Program-made: the position numbers and the translations under genes | NCBI GenBank assembly: GCA_022868165.1 | Contig: JALHYA010000010.1 | Location: forward strand, 375-64,374 | DNA: 64,000 nt | Origin: Patescibacteria group bacterium | GTDB lineage: Bacteria; Patescibacteriota; Microgenomatia; UBA8517 | Reading direction: 5' to 3' | The notes under the pieces: model-generated | Database searches by the model: none | Told to the model about the DNA's origin: nothing | Seen by the model: the letters and a program-made list of their open reading frames with translations, nothing else | In this document: in pieces, positions 29,288-37,921 of the stretch | Position numbering within the stretch: the first letter of the stretch is position 1 | How the letters are laid out: every line of letters begins with the position of its first letter

Positions 29288-29392
29288 AACAGTTTCAAGG
29301 ATACCACGAATTCCAATTCGTGGAGGAATTGAACCTGATATACCATCCTCTCTCAAGGGAAACCGCAAACTTTAGTTTGCGGAGGATGTTAT
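29284..29392 (+). mobile_element. Palindromic element, copy 2
   Basis: CCACGAATT-CC-AATTCGTGG and CCGCAAACT-TT-AGTTTGCGG hairpins in the same scaffold as copy 1. Confidence 0.6.
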
Positions 29393-29519
29393 AGATAGGT
29401 AAAATTATACCAGAAAGTCCTCTTGAAAGTCGGTTATTTAGTATATAATGCCTTGAGAACTTGAAGCTGCCCTTTCCGGACAGGTTTTTATATCTTAATA
29501 TCTTAAATCTATATCAATT

Positions 29520-30527
29520 ATGCTCAAGAAGAACATTGCCATAGACTTGGGCACTGCCAACACTCTTGTGTGGGTGGCAGGCGTAGGTTTGGTAGCCAAC
29601 GAGCCTACGGTTGTGGCCATTTCCGCCGACGACAGCAAGGTTGTTGCTGTAGGGGAAGAGGCCAAGCATATGCTTGGCCGTACTCCGGAAGCACTGATTG
29701 CCTCAAGACCGATGCGCGAAGGGGTTATTGCGGATTACCAAGTTACCGAGGCCATGCTTCGTTACTTCATCAACAAGGTTTTGGGCAGATTTTCCTTCAT
29801 TAAACCCGATGTTATGGTTTGCGTTCCGGCCGGGTGCACACAGGTTGAGCGCAGAGCAGCTTTGGATGCAACTTTGCAGGCTGGCGCGTCTCATGCCTAT
29901 CTAATTGACGGGCCTTTGGCGGCCGCAATAGGCGCCGGAATCCCGGTTTCCGCACCAAGCGGGCACATGATTGTAGATATTGGCGGAGGCGCAGCCGAGG
30001 CTGCGGTTATATCTCTTGGCGGAGTAGTTGTCCATAAAAGCGTGCGGATTGCAGGCAACAAGATTGACGAAGCTCTTCAGAATTATCTTAAAAAGAAATT
30101 TAACCTAGTTGTGGGAGATCAAACTGCGGAGGACATTAAAATTAAGATAGGTTCAGCCACAAAGCTGGCCAAGACCGAAAAACTGGAGATTTCGGGCAGG
30201 GATTTGGTTTTTGGACTTCCTAGAAGCGTTATTGTGACCTCGGATGACGTAACTGAGGCTATTAGACCGGTTCTTTTGCAAATAATAGGTGCGGTTAAGG
30301 CGGTTTTGGAGGATACGCCACCGGAACTGGCAGCGGATATAATAGATAAAGGAATAGTAATGAGCGGCGGAAGCAGTCTTCTTCGCAACTTTGACAAGCT
30401 TATGACCGAAGAAACCGGTGTTCCCAGCCACGTTGCGGAAGATGCGATGCTTTGCGTAGTTCGCGGTACCGGTTTGGTGCTGGAAAATATAGAATTATGG
30501 AAGAGAAGTGTGACGACAAAGAGATAA
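29520..30527 (+). CDS. mreB: Rod shape-determining protein MreB (actin-like)
   Basis: IDLGTAN, RPMREGVIAD, VDIGGG, TPPELAADI, SGGSSLL. Confidence 0.93.
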   Translation: MLKKNIAIDLGTANTLVWVAGVGLVANEPTVVAISADDSKVVAVGEEAKHMLGRTPEALIASRPMREGVIADYQVTEAMLRYFINKVLGRFSFIKPDVMVCVPAGCTQVERRAALDATLQAGASHAYLIDGPLAAAIGAGIPVSAPSGHMIVDIGGGAAEAAVISLGGVVVHKSVRIAGNKIDEALQNYLKKKFNLVVGDQTAEDIKIKIGSATKLAKTEKLEISGRDLVFGLPRSVIVTSDDVTEAIRPVLLQIIGAVKAVLEDTPPELAADIIDKGIVMSGGSSLLRNFDKLMTEETGVPSHVAEDAMLCVVRGTGLVLENIELWKRSVTTKR

Positions 30528-30971
30528 TAAAAATAGGGTATAGCGAATAACTTATAAGTTAGAGAAGACGTGAGAAATATTGGTAAATAGGGCGAATTAT
30601 TACTTAACCGGCGGCAATTAACAACCGGTCCTTAGTAATTTATAGGGTATCGAAAAATAACTATAGTAATGGAACCTTCGGGCATAGTTCGGTGGGGATA
30701 AAATGAGGATACAAACGGGTTCTACAAGGCAAGCAAACGAGGTAATATTTTATACAATAAATTTTAATACGTACACTAAGAAAAATAGTAAAAATATCCC
30801 TTAGTAAAAGAGAATATTGGCCAAAATGCCGAAAATATTCCGTAATCCGGTAAAAATAGAGCAAAGACCGATTTTACGGCTATAGGTTTCTGAAAAATTT
30901 GATATAATTATCTCGTAAGTGGAAAAAATTTGAGGTCATTTGGCCTTAAAAGGTAAATAACCATACTCAAC

Positions 30972-31769
30972 ATGCAAAAAGGGCTTTTTTACGCATATAA
31001 ATCAGGCCGAAAACAAGGGCAAATCTTAAATATAGAACTATCTAGCACTTTAAAGCTTCGAGTGCTAAGCTTTGTGCGTGATTCTATATCCCATAAGAGT
31101 AAGTTTCTTATCGTTACACCCAACCCCGAGATCATTTTGGAGGCCCAGGAGGATAAAAAACTGGCGAAAGTACTCAATTCGGCCGATTTGGCATTACCCG
31201 ATGGAGTTGGTCTGGTACTGGCGGCCAAAATTTTGGGTTTTCCGGCATTAAATTTGATAAAAGGCAGGGAAATGTTTCTTGATTTGGCCAAACTGGCGAA
31301 CAAAAAACACTGGAAAATTTTTCTTTTGGGAGGTAGAAAAGATGAAGCCGAAACTGCAGCCGAAATTCTCTCCCGCAGCCTCAAAGGTGTAAAAATTGCG
31401 TATTCGGCAGGTCCCGAACTAAATCAAGCAGGTGAACCGGCCGCCTTAAAAGATAGAGAACTTGAGAAAGATATTGTGGCTCAGATAAATAATTTTGCCC
31501 CGCAAATTCTTTTTGTCGGCTTTGGGGCTCCAAAACAGGAGAAATGGACGGCCAAGTGGCTGCCGAAGCTAAATATCGGGGGAGCAATGGTAGTCGGGGG
31601 AACTTTTAACTATATATCGGGCAAGGCCAGCCTGCCGCCGAGATGGATAGAGAACGCTGGCCTGGAATGGCTCTGGCGCTTAATTACCCAGCCTTGGCGA
31701 GCTGGAAGAATATTCAAAGCCGTTGTTGTATTTCCCCTAAAGGTCTTTCGGTATAAATTCTTCTTGTGA
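30972..31769 (+). CDS. WecB/TagA/CpsF glycosyltransferase
   Basis: VTPNPE, PDGVG, GFGAPKQE, GLEWLWRL. Confidence 0.93.
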   Translation: MQKGLFYAYKSGRKQGQILNIELSSTLKLRVLSFVRDSISHKSKFLIVTPNPEIILEAQEDKKLAKVLNSADLALPDGVGLVLAAKILGFPALNLIKGREMFLDLAKLANKKHWKIFLLGGRKDEAETAAEILSRSLKGVKIAYSAGPELNQAGEPAALKDRELEKDIVAQINNFAPQILFVGFGAPKQEKWTAKWLPKLNIGGAMVVGGTFNYISGKASLPPRWIENAGLEWLWRLITQPWRAGRIFKAVVVFPLKVFRYKFFL

Positions 31770-31782
31770 TATAATTTCTACC

Positions 31783-33060
31783 ATGTCCGGAGAAATCGAA
31801 CTTCCAAAGGGAACGGCAGTTCCCGACCACATTGCAATAATCCCCGACGGCAATAGGCGCTGGGCTCGTGCCAAAGGCTTGCCTACATTGGAAGGACATG
31901 CCCGCGGGTTTGACAGAGCAGTGGAAGTTTCGAGAGCGGCGCGAAATGCCGGCATTCATACGGTCACCCTTTGGGGTTTTTCGACCGAGAATTGGGAGAG
32001 AAGCAAGGAAGAAGTCGGCTATTTAATGAGACTTTACGAAAAATTGGTTGACGATTATTTAAAGGAAGCAAAGAAAGATAAGGTAAGAATAGTACATTTG
32101 GGACGAAAGGACCGAATTCCAAAGTCGCTTCTGGCCAAAATTGTAAAAGCCGAGACCGAAACTAAAGAAAACGACCGCTACATTATGAATGTCTGTATAG
32201 ATTATGGCGGACATGACGAGGTCCTAAGAGCAACCCAAAAGATGATTGCGGACGGCGTTTCCGCCGAAAACATTGATAAAAAGCTCTTCGAAAGCTATCT
32301 GGATACCGCCGGTCAGCCTTACCCCTATGTTGATTTGATTATAAGGACCTCTGGGGAGCAGCGCGTAAGCGGATTTCTGATTTGGCAGGCTGCATATGCC
32401 GAATACTATTGGGAAGATGTGCATTTTCCGGATTTTTCTCCCGAAAGGCTTAAATTGGCTATTTTGGATTATTCCAGGCGAAGGCGCAGATTTGGCGGAA
32501 ACGACGCCATGGAGCACTTTAGTTTTGACCCGGAAGTAGTGGCTAAACTCGAGCTGGCCTGGTGGAGGTTGAGCAAGATCCCCGAAGGAACAAGGTTCAG
32601 GGATTATGCAATGAAGCATCTCAGGGAACAATTCGGCCTATCCAAAACCCATGCCAAAGAAGCCGCGAAGTATATGATTGAGGCGGCCTTAGAGGAAAAT
32701 AACGGCAGAAATTGGGAAAAGGCCAAAAGAGAGCTTAAAAAGTTCTACAAACTTATTAAAAGTGAACTCAAACTGGCGTTTGAGCCCTCTATTGTTGCTT
32801 CTTTGGAAGTAAAACTTAGGCGAGGGCTGGAAGACAAGGATTCTGTTGAGGCGGCGGGGGAGCTTGAAGAAACAGCAAGAAGTCTTTATGCCGAAACATA
32901 CCGCATTTCGCTCCTGCAGGCCGCAAAGCTGGGACACTTAAGGATAATGGCGGCCGTTGAGAGAAATTTGGCCGAAGCTGGAATGGGCGACAAGCATTGG
33001 ATTCGCGCCCAAGACTATCTCGAGAGATTTTATCGGGCTCTGAAAGAGCGCGTAGCGTAA
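31783..33060 (+). CDS. uppS: Undecaprenyl-diphosphate synthase with extra C-terminal domain
   Basis: HIAIIPDGNRRWA, FSTENW, IRTSGEQR, RRFGG, then ~185 further aa. Confidence 0.9.
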   Translation: MSGEIELPKGTAVPDHIAIIPDGNRRWARAKGLPTLEGHARGFDRAVEVSRAARNAGIHTVTLWGFSTENWERSKEEVGYLMRLYEKLVDDYLKEAKKDKVRIVHLGRKDRIPKSLLAKIVKAETETKENDRYIMNVCIDYGGHDEVLRATQKMIADGVSAENIDKKLFESYLDTAGQPYPYVDLIIRTSGEQRVSGFLIWQAAYAEYYWEDVHFPDFSPERLKLAILDYSRRRRRFGGNDAMEHFSFDPEVVAKLELAWWRLSKIPEGTRFRDYAMKHLREQFGLSKTHAKEAAKYMIEAALEENNGRNWEKAKRELKKFYKLIKSELKLAFEPSIVASLEVKLRRGLEDKDSVEAAGELEETARSLYAETYRISLLQAAKLGHLRIMAAVERNLAEAGMGDKHWIRAQDYLERFYRALKERVA

Positions 33061-33186
33061 TTCCCCCCTTTTCTAGTACAAAAAGGTACTTGACACACCT
33101 GAACGCCTTTGATATTGTCTGACTAAGATAGTTACAAGATAGGCTTGGAACTATATCATTTGGAGTACAACTACATTAAAACAATC

Positions 33187-33405
33187 ATGGACGAGAGCAA
33201 AAAGAAAAAAGTCAGACTAGAAGACCTTCCGGATTTGCTCACCGTGCGTGAAGTAAGCGAACTTCTTAGAGTTTCGCCTTTAACAATCAAACGTTGGGGT
33301 AAGCGAGGCAAGCTTCCCGCAATCCGCATAAACTCTCGCGGCGACCGCCGCTACAAGAAAGAAGCTGTTTTATGGTTGTTGGGAATGCAAGAAAAGACAG
33401 AGTAA
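33187..33405 (+). CDS. Excisionase-like helix-turn-helix DNA-binding protein
   Basis: LLTVREVSELLRVSPLTIKRW..G.LPAIRI..RGDRRY. Confidence 0.85.
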   Translation: MDESKKKKVRLEDLPDLLTVREVSELLRVSPLTIKRWGKRGKLPAIRINSRGDRRYKKEAVLWLLGMQEKTE

Positions 33406-33454
33406 AAAGGAAGCCGTCCTCTGGCTCCTTGGGATGCAGGAAAAGACCGAATGA
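33403..33454 (+). pseudogene. Synonymously recoded duplicate of the HTH gene's last 16 codons
   Basis: Encodes KKEAVLWLLGMQEKTE*, identical to the gene's C-terminus. Confidence 0.9.
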
Positions 33455-33471
33455 GGTAAAATAGCCTCGCA

Positions 33472-34269
33472 GTGCAAAAACTCACAATTGTTAAGCTTGG
33501 CGGAAGCCTTATTACGGATAAAAACCGGCCGTTAGTTTCCCGCGAGGCAGTTATTAAAAGACTTGCCGAAGAAATTAAATCTGCCTCCAAAAACTACAAA
33601 GGAAAACTGGTTATCGGTCACGGAAGCGGCTCTTTCGGCCACGCTTCAGCTGCAAAATACCAAACTCAAAAGGGCATAGTTAATCGAAACAGCATCAAAG
33701 GAGTCAGCGAAGTGGCGGATGTGGCCAGTCAGATTACCAAAATTGTTATAAAACAGCTTAGAAAAGCCGGTATTCCGGCTGTCGCTTTTGCCCCCGGAAG
33801 CTTTATCGTTTCAAGCGGCCAAAAACTTCAAGAGTTTTTCATCGAGCCCATCAAAGAGGCTCTTGGGTGTGGAGTTGCGCCTCTGGTTTATGGTGATGTG
33901 GTTTTTGACAAAAAACAAGGCTTTTGTATCTTTTCCACGGAGAAAGTAATTGGAGTGATAGTGGGTGAGCTTCACAACAAGTACAAAATCGAGCAAATTA
34001 TCTATTGCGGCATCACCGACGGCGTTTACGACGAGGATGGAGAGACGATTCCCCTTATCAACTCGAAAACTTTTGGCGCTTTCAAAAAAGCAATCGGAGT
34101 ATCCGGCGCCACAGACGTCACGGGTGGGATGATTCACAAAGTTCAGGAGAGCTTGGAGCTTGCCAAGAAATACAAAACGAGGGTTTTGATCATCAACGGA
34201 ATCAAGCCCGGCAATCTCAAAAAAGCAATTCTCAGCAAAAAAGTTGCCGGGACAAAGATATCAAAATAA
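33472..34269 (+). CDS. Isopentenyl phosphate kinase (amino-acid-kinase family)
   Basis: KLGGSLITDK, GHGSGSFGH, YGDVV, DVTGGM. Confidence 0.85.
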   Translation: MQKLTIVKLGGSLITDKNRPLVSREAVIKRLAEEIKSASKNYKGKLVIGHGSGSFGHASAAKYQTQKGIVNRNSIKGVSEVADVASQITKIVIKQLRKAGIPAVAFAPGSFIVSSGQKLQEFFIEPIKEALGCGVAPLVYGDVVFDKKQGFCIFSTEKVIGVIVGELHNKYKIEQIIYCGITDGVYDEDGETIPLINSKTFGAFKKAIGVSGATDVTGGMIHKVQESLELAKKYKTRVLIINGIKPGNLKKAILSKKVAGTKISK

Positions 34270-34362
34270 TTCGTCGCTGAAAGCTGCGATTGAAGCTATC
34301 CCAATAATGGTTTCTTCCTCCCCAAATCAAATTGCAGCGTCTTCTTGAATGCTGATATAATT
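34268..34362 (-). mobile_element. Partial palindromic element, copy 4 (left end, interrupted)
   Basis: Reverse complement of 34325-34362 matches 59702-59739 at 37/38 nt. Confidence 0.7.
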
Positions 34363-34377
34363 AGTGGTTGTATTCCC

Positions 34378-35244
34378 ATGCGTTACTTTTCGACAATTTC
34401 GATCTTTTTTATTGCCCTGGTTGCGAGTGTTGTTATCTCAACCGGAATCATTTTTGCGGCCTTTCCCACGCCTAGCCCGACGGCTACGCCCACTTCGGAG
34501 CCTACGGCCGCCCCGTTCAATCAGGTACCAACTTTAGGACCTTTGGAAACTATCCTAAAAGGACAGAATTTGGGCCCGGTCTGGCCAGTCAACCCCATTA
34601 AGTACGCTATTCGCGGTGCAGTGGCGGCCGGTGTTCCCGCAAATACTTTGGCCCTGCTTTTGCTTTTGCCCTTGGTTGCGATGGTTATTGCCGCAATCAG
34701 ACATCTGGTTGGTCTTAGGGGTTTCGGAATTTTCCTTCCGGCGGCTTTATCTGTCGTATTTTTGGCCATAGGGCCAATTTTGGGAATAGGGCTGTTTTTG
34801 GTCATTGTTTTGGTTTCGACCATAGTCAGAATAATTATGCGCACCCTTAAACTTAAGCTTCAATATCTTCCCAAAATGGCGTTAATTTTCTGGTTTGTTT
34901 CTTTTGCGGTATTGGGAGTGCTTTTTGCCGCCCCGTTAATCAGCTGGTTCGCCTTGCCCAATGTATCCATTTTCGCGGTGCTTTTTCTCACGCTTCTGGC
35001 CGAGGATTTTACCCGCGTCCAGCTTGGCAAAAGCTTCCACACCGCCATTAGTTTAACAACGGAAACTTTGATTCTGGCCTTAATCTCTTTTGCGGTTCTT
35101 ACGCTTAAGCCCGTTCAGGAATTTGCGATTCTCAAACCGGAAATTTACCTTTTGAGTATCTTTATCTTTGATTTCCTTCTGGGCAGATATGCGGGCTTGA
35201 GAGTCATGGAGCTTTGGAGATTCCGTAAATTAACCTCACAATGA
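34378..35244 (+). CDS. 7TM domain protein (7TM_transglut type) partnering an ATP-grasp ligase
   Basis: LLLLPLVA..R.LVGL.GFGIF.P, LGRY.GLR.MEL.RF. Confidence 0.8.
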   Translation: MRYFSTISIFFIALVASVVISTGIIFAAFPTPSPTATPTSEPTAAPFNQVPTLGPLETILKGQNLGPVWPVNPIKYAIRGAVAAGVPANTLALLLLLPLVAMVIAAIRHLVGLRGFGIFLPAALSVVFLAIGPILGIGLFLVIVLVSTIVRIIMRTLKLKLQYLPKMALIFWFVSFAVLGVLFAAPLISWFALPNVSIFAVLFLTLLAEDFTRVQLGKSFHTAISLTTETLILALISFAVLTLKPVQEFAILKPEIYLLSIFIFDFLLGRYAGLRVMELWRFRKLTSQ

Positions 35245-36521
35245 AGTTATCATCAATTTTGGGTTTAAATGCCCGCACGCAGCTTTTTTCCTACCGTTAT
35301 AACACCCGTAAGGGCAAAAAAATTGCCGACTCGAAGCTTCAAACCGCGAAGATATTGAAAGTAACCGGCATTCCGCACCCCGTCATCTATAAAAAATTTC
35401 ACAAACTTTCCGATATCAACGAATTTGGTTGGAATACTCTTCCGGATTCCTTTGCCCTAAAGCCTTCCCGTGGCTTGGGCGGCGAAGGAATTGTAGTTGT
35501 CAAAAAGCGCGCCGGGGACGGCAACGGCTGGATTACTACCCAGAGGGCGCGGGTGACGATTGACGATTTAAAGCTTCAGGCATTGGACATTTTGGAAGGT
35601 GCCTACAGCATGGGCAACGAGCCCGACGTTGCTTTTGTGCAGGAATACGTCGGCCGTCATAAAGCTTTTCGAAGATATGCATACCGGGGCACTCCGGATA
35701 TTAGAATTATCGTATTTAATAAAGTTCCTATTATGGCGATGCTTCGACTTCCCACAAAAGAATCCGGGGGCAGGGCAAACCTTCATCAGGGAGCCATCGG
35801 AGTAGGAGTGGATATTGCCACAGGAATTACCACCAAGGCTATTTGGCATGGAAATTTAATCAAATTTAAGCCCGGAACGGAAAGAAAGCTCAACGGGATA
35901 AAAGTTCCGGAATGGACCAAGATATTGGAAACCGCGGTTAGGGCCCAGATGGCTTCGGGCTTGGGATATTTGGGAGTAGATATTGTGTTGCATCCGGAAA
36001 AGGGACCGATGGTTTTGGAGCTTAATGCCCAGCCCGGACTTCAGATTCAGCTTGCCAATATGGCGGGACTTAAAAAAAGAGTAGAAAGGGTTGAAGATTT
36101 GGAAGTTCGGGACGCGGAGCACGGCGTAAGAATTGCCAAGGCTCTTTTTGCCGAACGCTTTTCCGACAGGGTGAAAGCGGAGGAAGGCATTAAAACCGTT
36201 AGCGTCTGGGAGACTATAAAAATTGTTTCCGCAAAAGGAGAAAAGGTTGAAGTTAAGGCCAAGATAGATACGGGGGCATGGAAAACTTCCATCGACGAAA
36301 CCCTGGCCAAAAACCTCGGCATTTTGGGAAAAAGCAATGTGCTATGGACGCAGCTATATAAAAGTGGTCTGGGACAGGAGAAAAGAAAAGTAATAAGTTT
36401 GACATTTTATTTGGCTGGTCGAAGAATCAATACTTTGGCAAACGTTGCCCATAGGGAGCACTTGCGCTCGCCGGTAATAATCGGGAGACGTGATTTGGTC
36501 GGATTTCTGGTAAAATCTTAA
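35241..36521 (+). CDS. Alpha-L-glutamate-ligase-like ATP-grasp fused to a RimB-like retropepsin protease
   Basis: LKP..G.GG.GI, PDIRII, GRANLHQG, LELNAQPGL.IQ; C-terminal AKIDTGA..IIGRRDL. Confidence 0.88.
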   Translation: MKLSSILGLNARTQLFSYRYNTRKGKKIADSKLQTAKILKVTGIPHPVIYKKFHKLSDINEFGWNTLPDSFALKPSRGLGGEGIVVVKKRAGDGNGWITTQRARVTIDDLKLQALDILEGAYSMGNEPDVAFVQEYVGRHKAFRRYAYRGTPDIRIIVFNKVPIMAMLRLPTKESGGRANLHQGAIGVGVDIATGITTKAIWHGNLIKFKPGTERKLNGIKVPEWTKILETAVRAQMASGLGYLGVDIVLHPEKGPMVLELNAQPGLQIQLANMAGLKKRVERVEDLEVRDAEHGVRIAKALFAERFSDRVKAEEGIKTVSVWETIKIVSAKGEKVEVKAKIDTGAWKTSIDETLAKNLGILGKSNVLWTQLYKSGLGQEKRKVISLTFYLAGRRINTLANVAHREHLRSPVIIGRRDLVGFLVKS

Positions 36522-36524
36522 TAA

Positions 36525-37451
36525 ATGAACAAACTACTTATCCTGATGGATAGAATTGGGCCTACGACCGAAACGCTTGCCGAATATGTTGGGCGTAATC
36601 TCGGAACCGATTCGCAGCTGGTTTTGGCCCGTTTTTCGGATCTTTTATTCGAACTTCAAGTGGGTAAGTGTAATGTATGGGTTGACGGCACCGGTATTAG
36701 GGAATTTAATCTTGTTTACTTCCGTAGGGTGGGACACGGGTTTCTTTCCACGGCAGGAACTCTTGCTTTGTGTCTTGATAATTTGGGTATAAAATATTTT
36801 GATACGAAATTTAGAGATATAGGCCCTGCGGGAGATAAATTTACTGCACTTACAAAATTGGGAATCGGGGGAATTTCCGTTCCTCACACAATGTATTTGT
36901 GGAAAAAAAACATTTCGGAACACAAGGGAGAAATATTAAAAAGATTGGGAAGCCCGGTTATTGCCAAGGATTATGCAAGCCAAAGGAATACAAAGATATT
37001 TATCTTGAAGGACACAAAAGATTTTGAACAATTAAAATCGGTAAAAATGGAAGAGCGGGAGGCGCAATTTCTTTTCCAGGAATTTATCGATATTGATAAA
37101 GAATTCAGGCTTCTGGTCATGGGAGATAAGGTGGCGGTAGTTCATACAAAAGCGGTTAGAGATTATACGGGTTTCCAGGTAGTGGATAATACGCCTTCGG
37201 ATAATTATGTCTTTATTGACCCCAAAGAAATTCCGGACCAGCTCAAAAAGCTGGCCGTTGCGGCAGCAAAAACTTTGGGAGTGGAAGTGGCCGGCGTAGA
37301 TGCGGCTATAGAGAAAAAGACCGGTAAAAGCTATATTCTTGAGGATAACCGCGGTCCGGGTTTTTTGCACGATCCCGCCAGGTCTCCGGAATTACCCGAA
37401 CTCGCAAAATTTTTTGCGAAAGAGCTTCGAAGCCCAAAATGGTTAAAATAA
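36525..37451 (+). CDS. RimK-family ATP-grasp ligase, divergent
   Basis: DKF, FQEFI..EFRLLVMG, AGVD, LEDNRGPG. Confidence 0.8.
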   Translation: MNKLLILMDRIGPTTETLAEYVGRNLGTDSQLVLARFSDLLFELQVGKCNVWVDGTGIREFNLVYFRRVGHGFLSTAGTLALCLDNLGIKYFDTKFRDIGPAGDKFTALTKLGIGGISVPHTMYLWKKNISEHKGEILKRLGSPVIAKDYASQRNTKIFILKDTKDFEQLKSVKMEEREAQFLFQEFIDIDKEFRLLVMGDKVAVVHTKAVRDYTGFQVVDNTPSDNYVFIDPKEIPDQLKKLAVAAAKTLGVEVAGVDAAIEKKTGKSYILEDNRGPGFLHDPARSPELPELAKFFAKELRSPKWLK

Positions 37452-37921
37452 CCAAGCTTAAAGAGGAAGAAGCAGGTATTTTTAGAAAACTCCTTTTGAA
37501 GATATTTATTGAAAGCTTTAGTTACTATCCTTTACGGGCCCAAAAGTTCAACAAAAGATACTGGAGTGTCGGACGGCTTACCCAATATAGTCATAAAAAG
37601 ATCATTTTATTGCTTTTGGCAAGAGAAGCTTCCTTGCCGGTAGGGCTATTAATCGGGAAGTATTATTCCTCGGGAAAGTCTTCAATTCTTTGGTTGGGGG
37701 TATTAATTACCCATAGAGGAAAAGGGATTGGCGCAAAGTTGGTGAAGCACTGGGAGGAGTGGGCGAAGGCCAAAGGCGTACACACATTTAGGACTTCCAC
37801 GGCCGATTTTCAAAACGAAAAGTTTTATAGCAAACTCGGTTTTACAAAATCGCCGGGTTTCGAAATGGATGATTGGGGCATGAAGAAGATGGTTTTTATT
37901 AAAAAAGAATACCATGGATAA
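37439..37921 (+). CDS. GNAT acetyltransferase
   Basis: V...HRGKGIG, FYSKLGF. Confidence 0.85.
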   Translation: MVKITKLKEEEAGIFRKLLLKIFIESFSYYPLRAQKFNKRYWSVGRLTQYSHKKIILLLLAREASLPVGLLIGKYYSSGKSSILWLGVLITHRGKGIGAKLVKHWEEWAKAKGVHTFRTSTADFQNEKFYSKLGFTKSPGFEMDDWGMKKMVFIKKEYHG

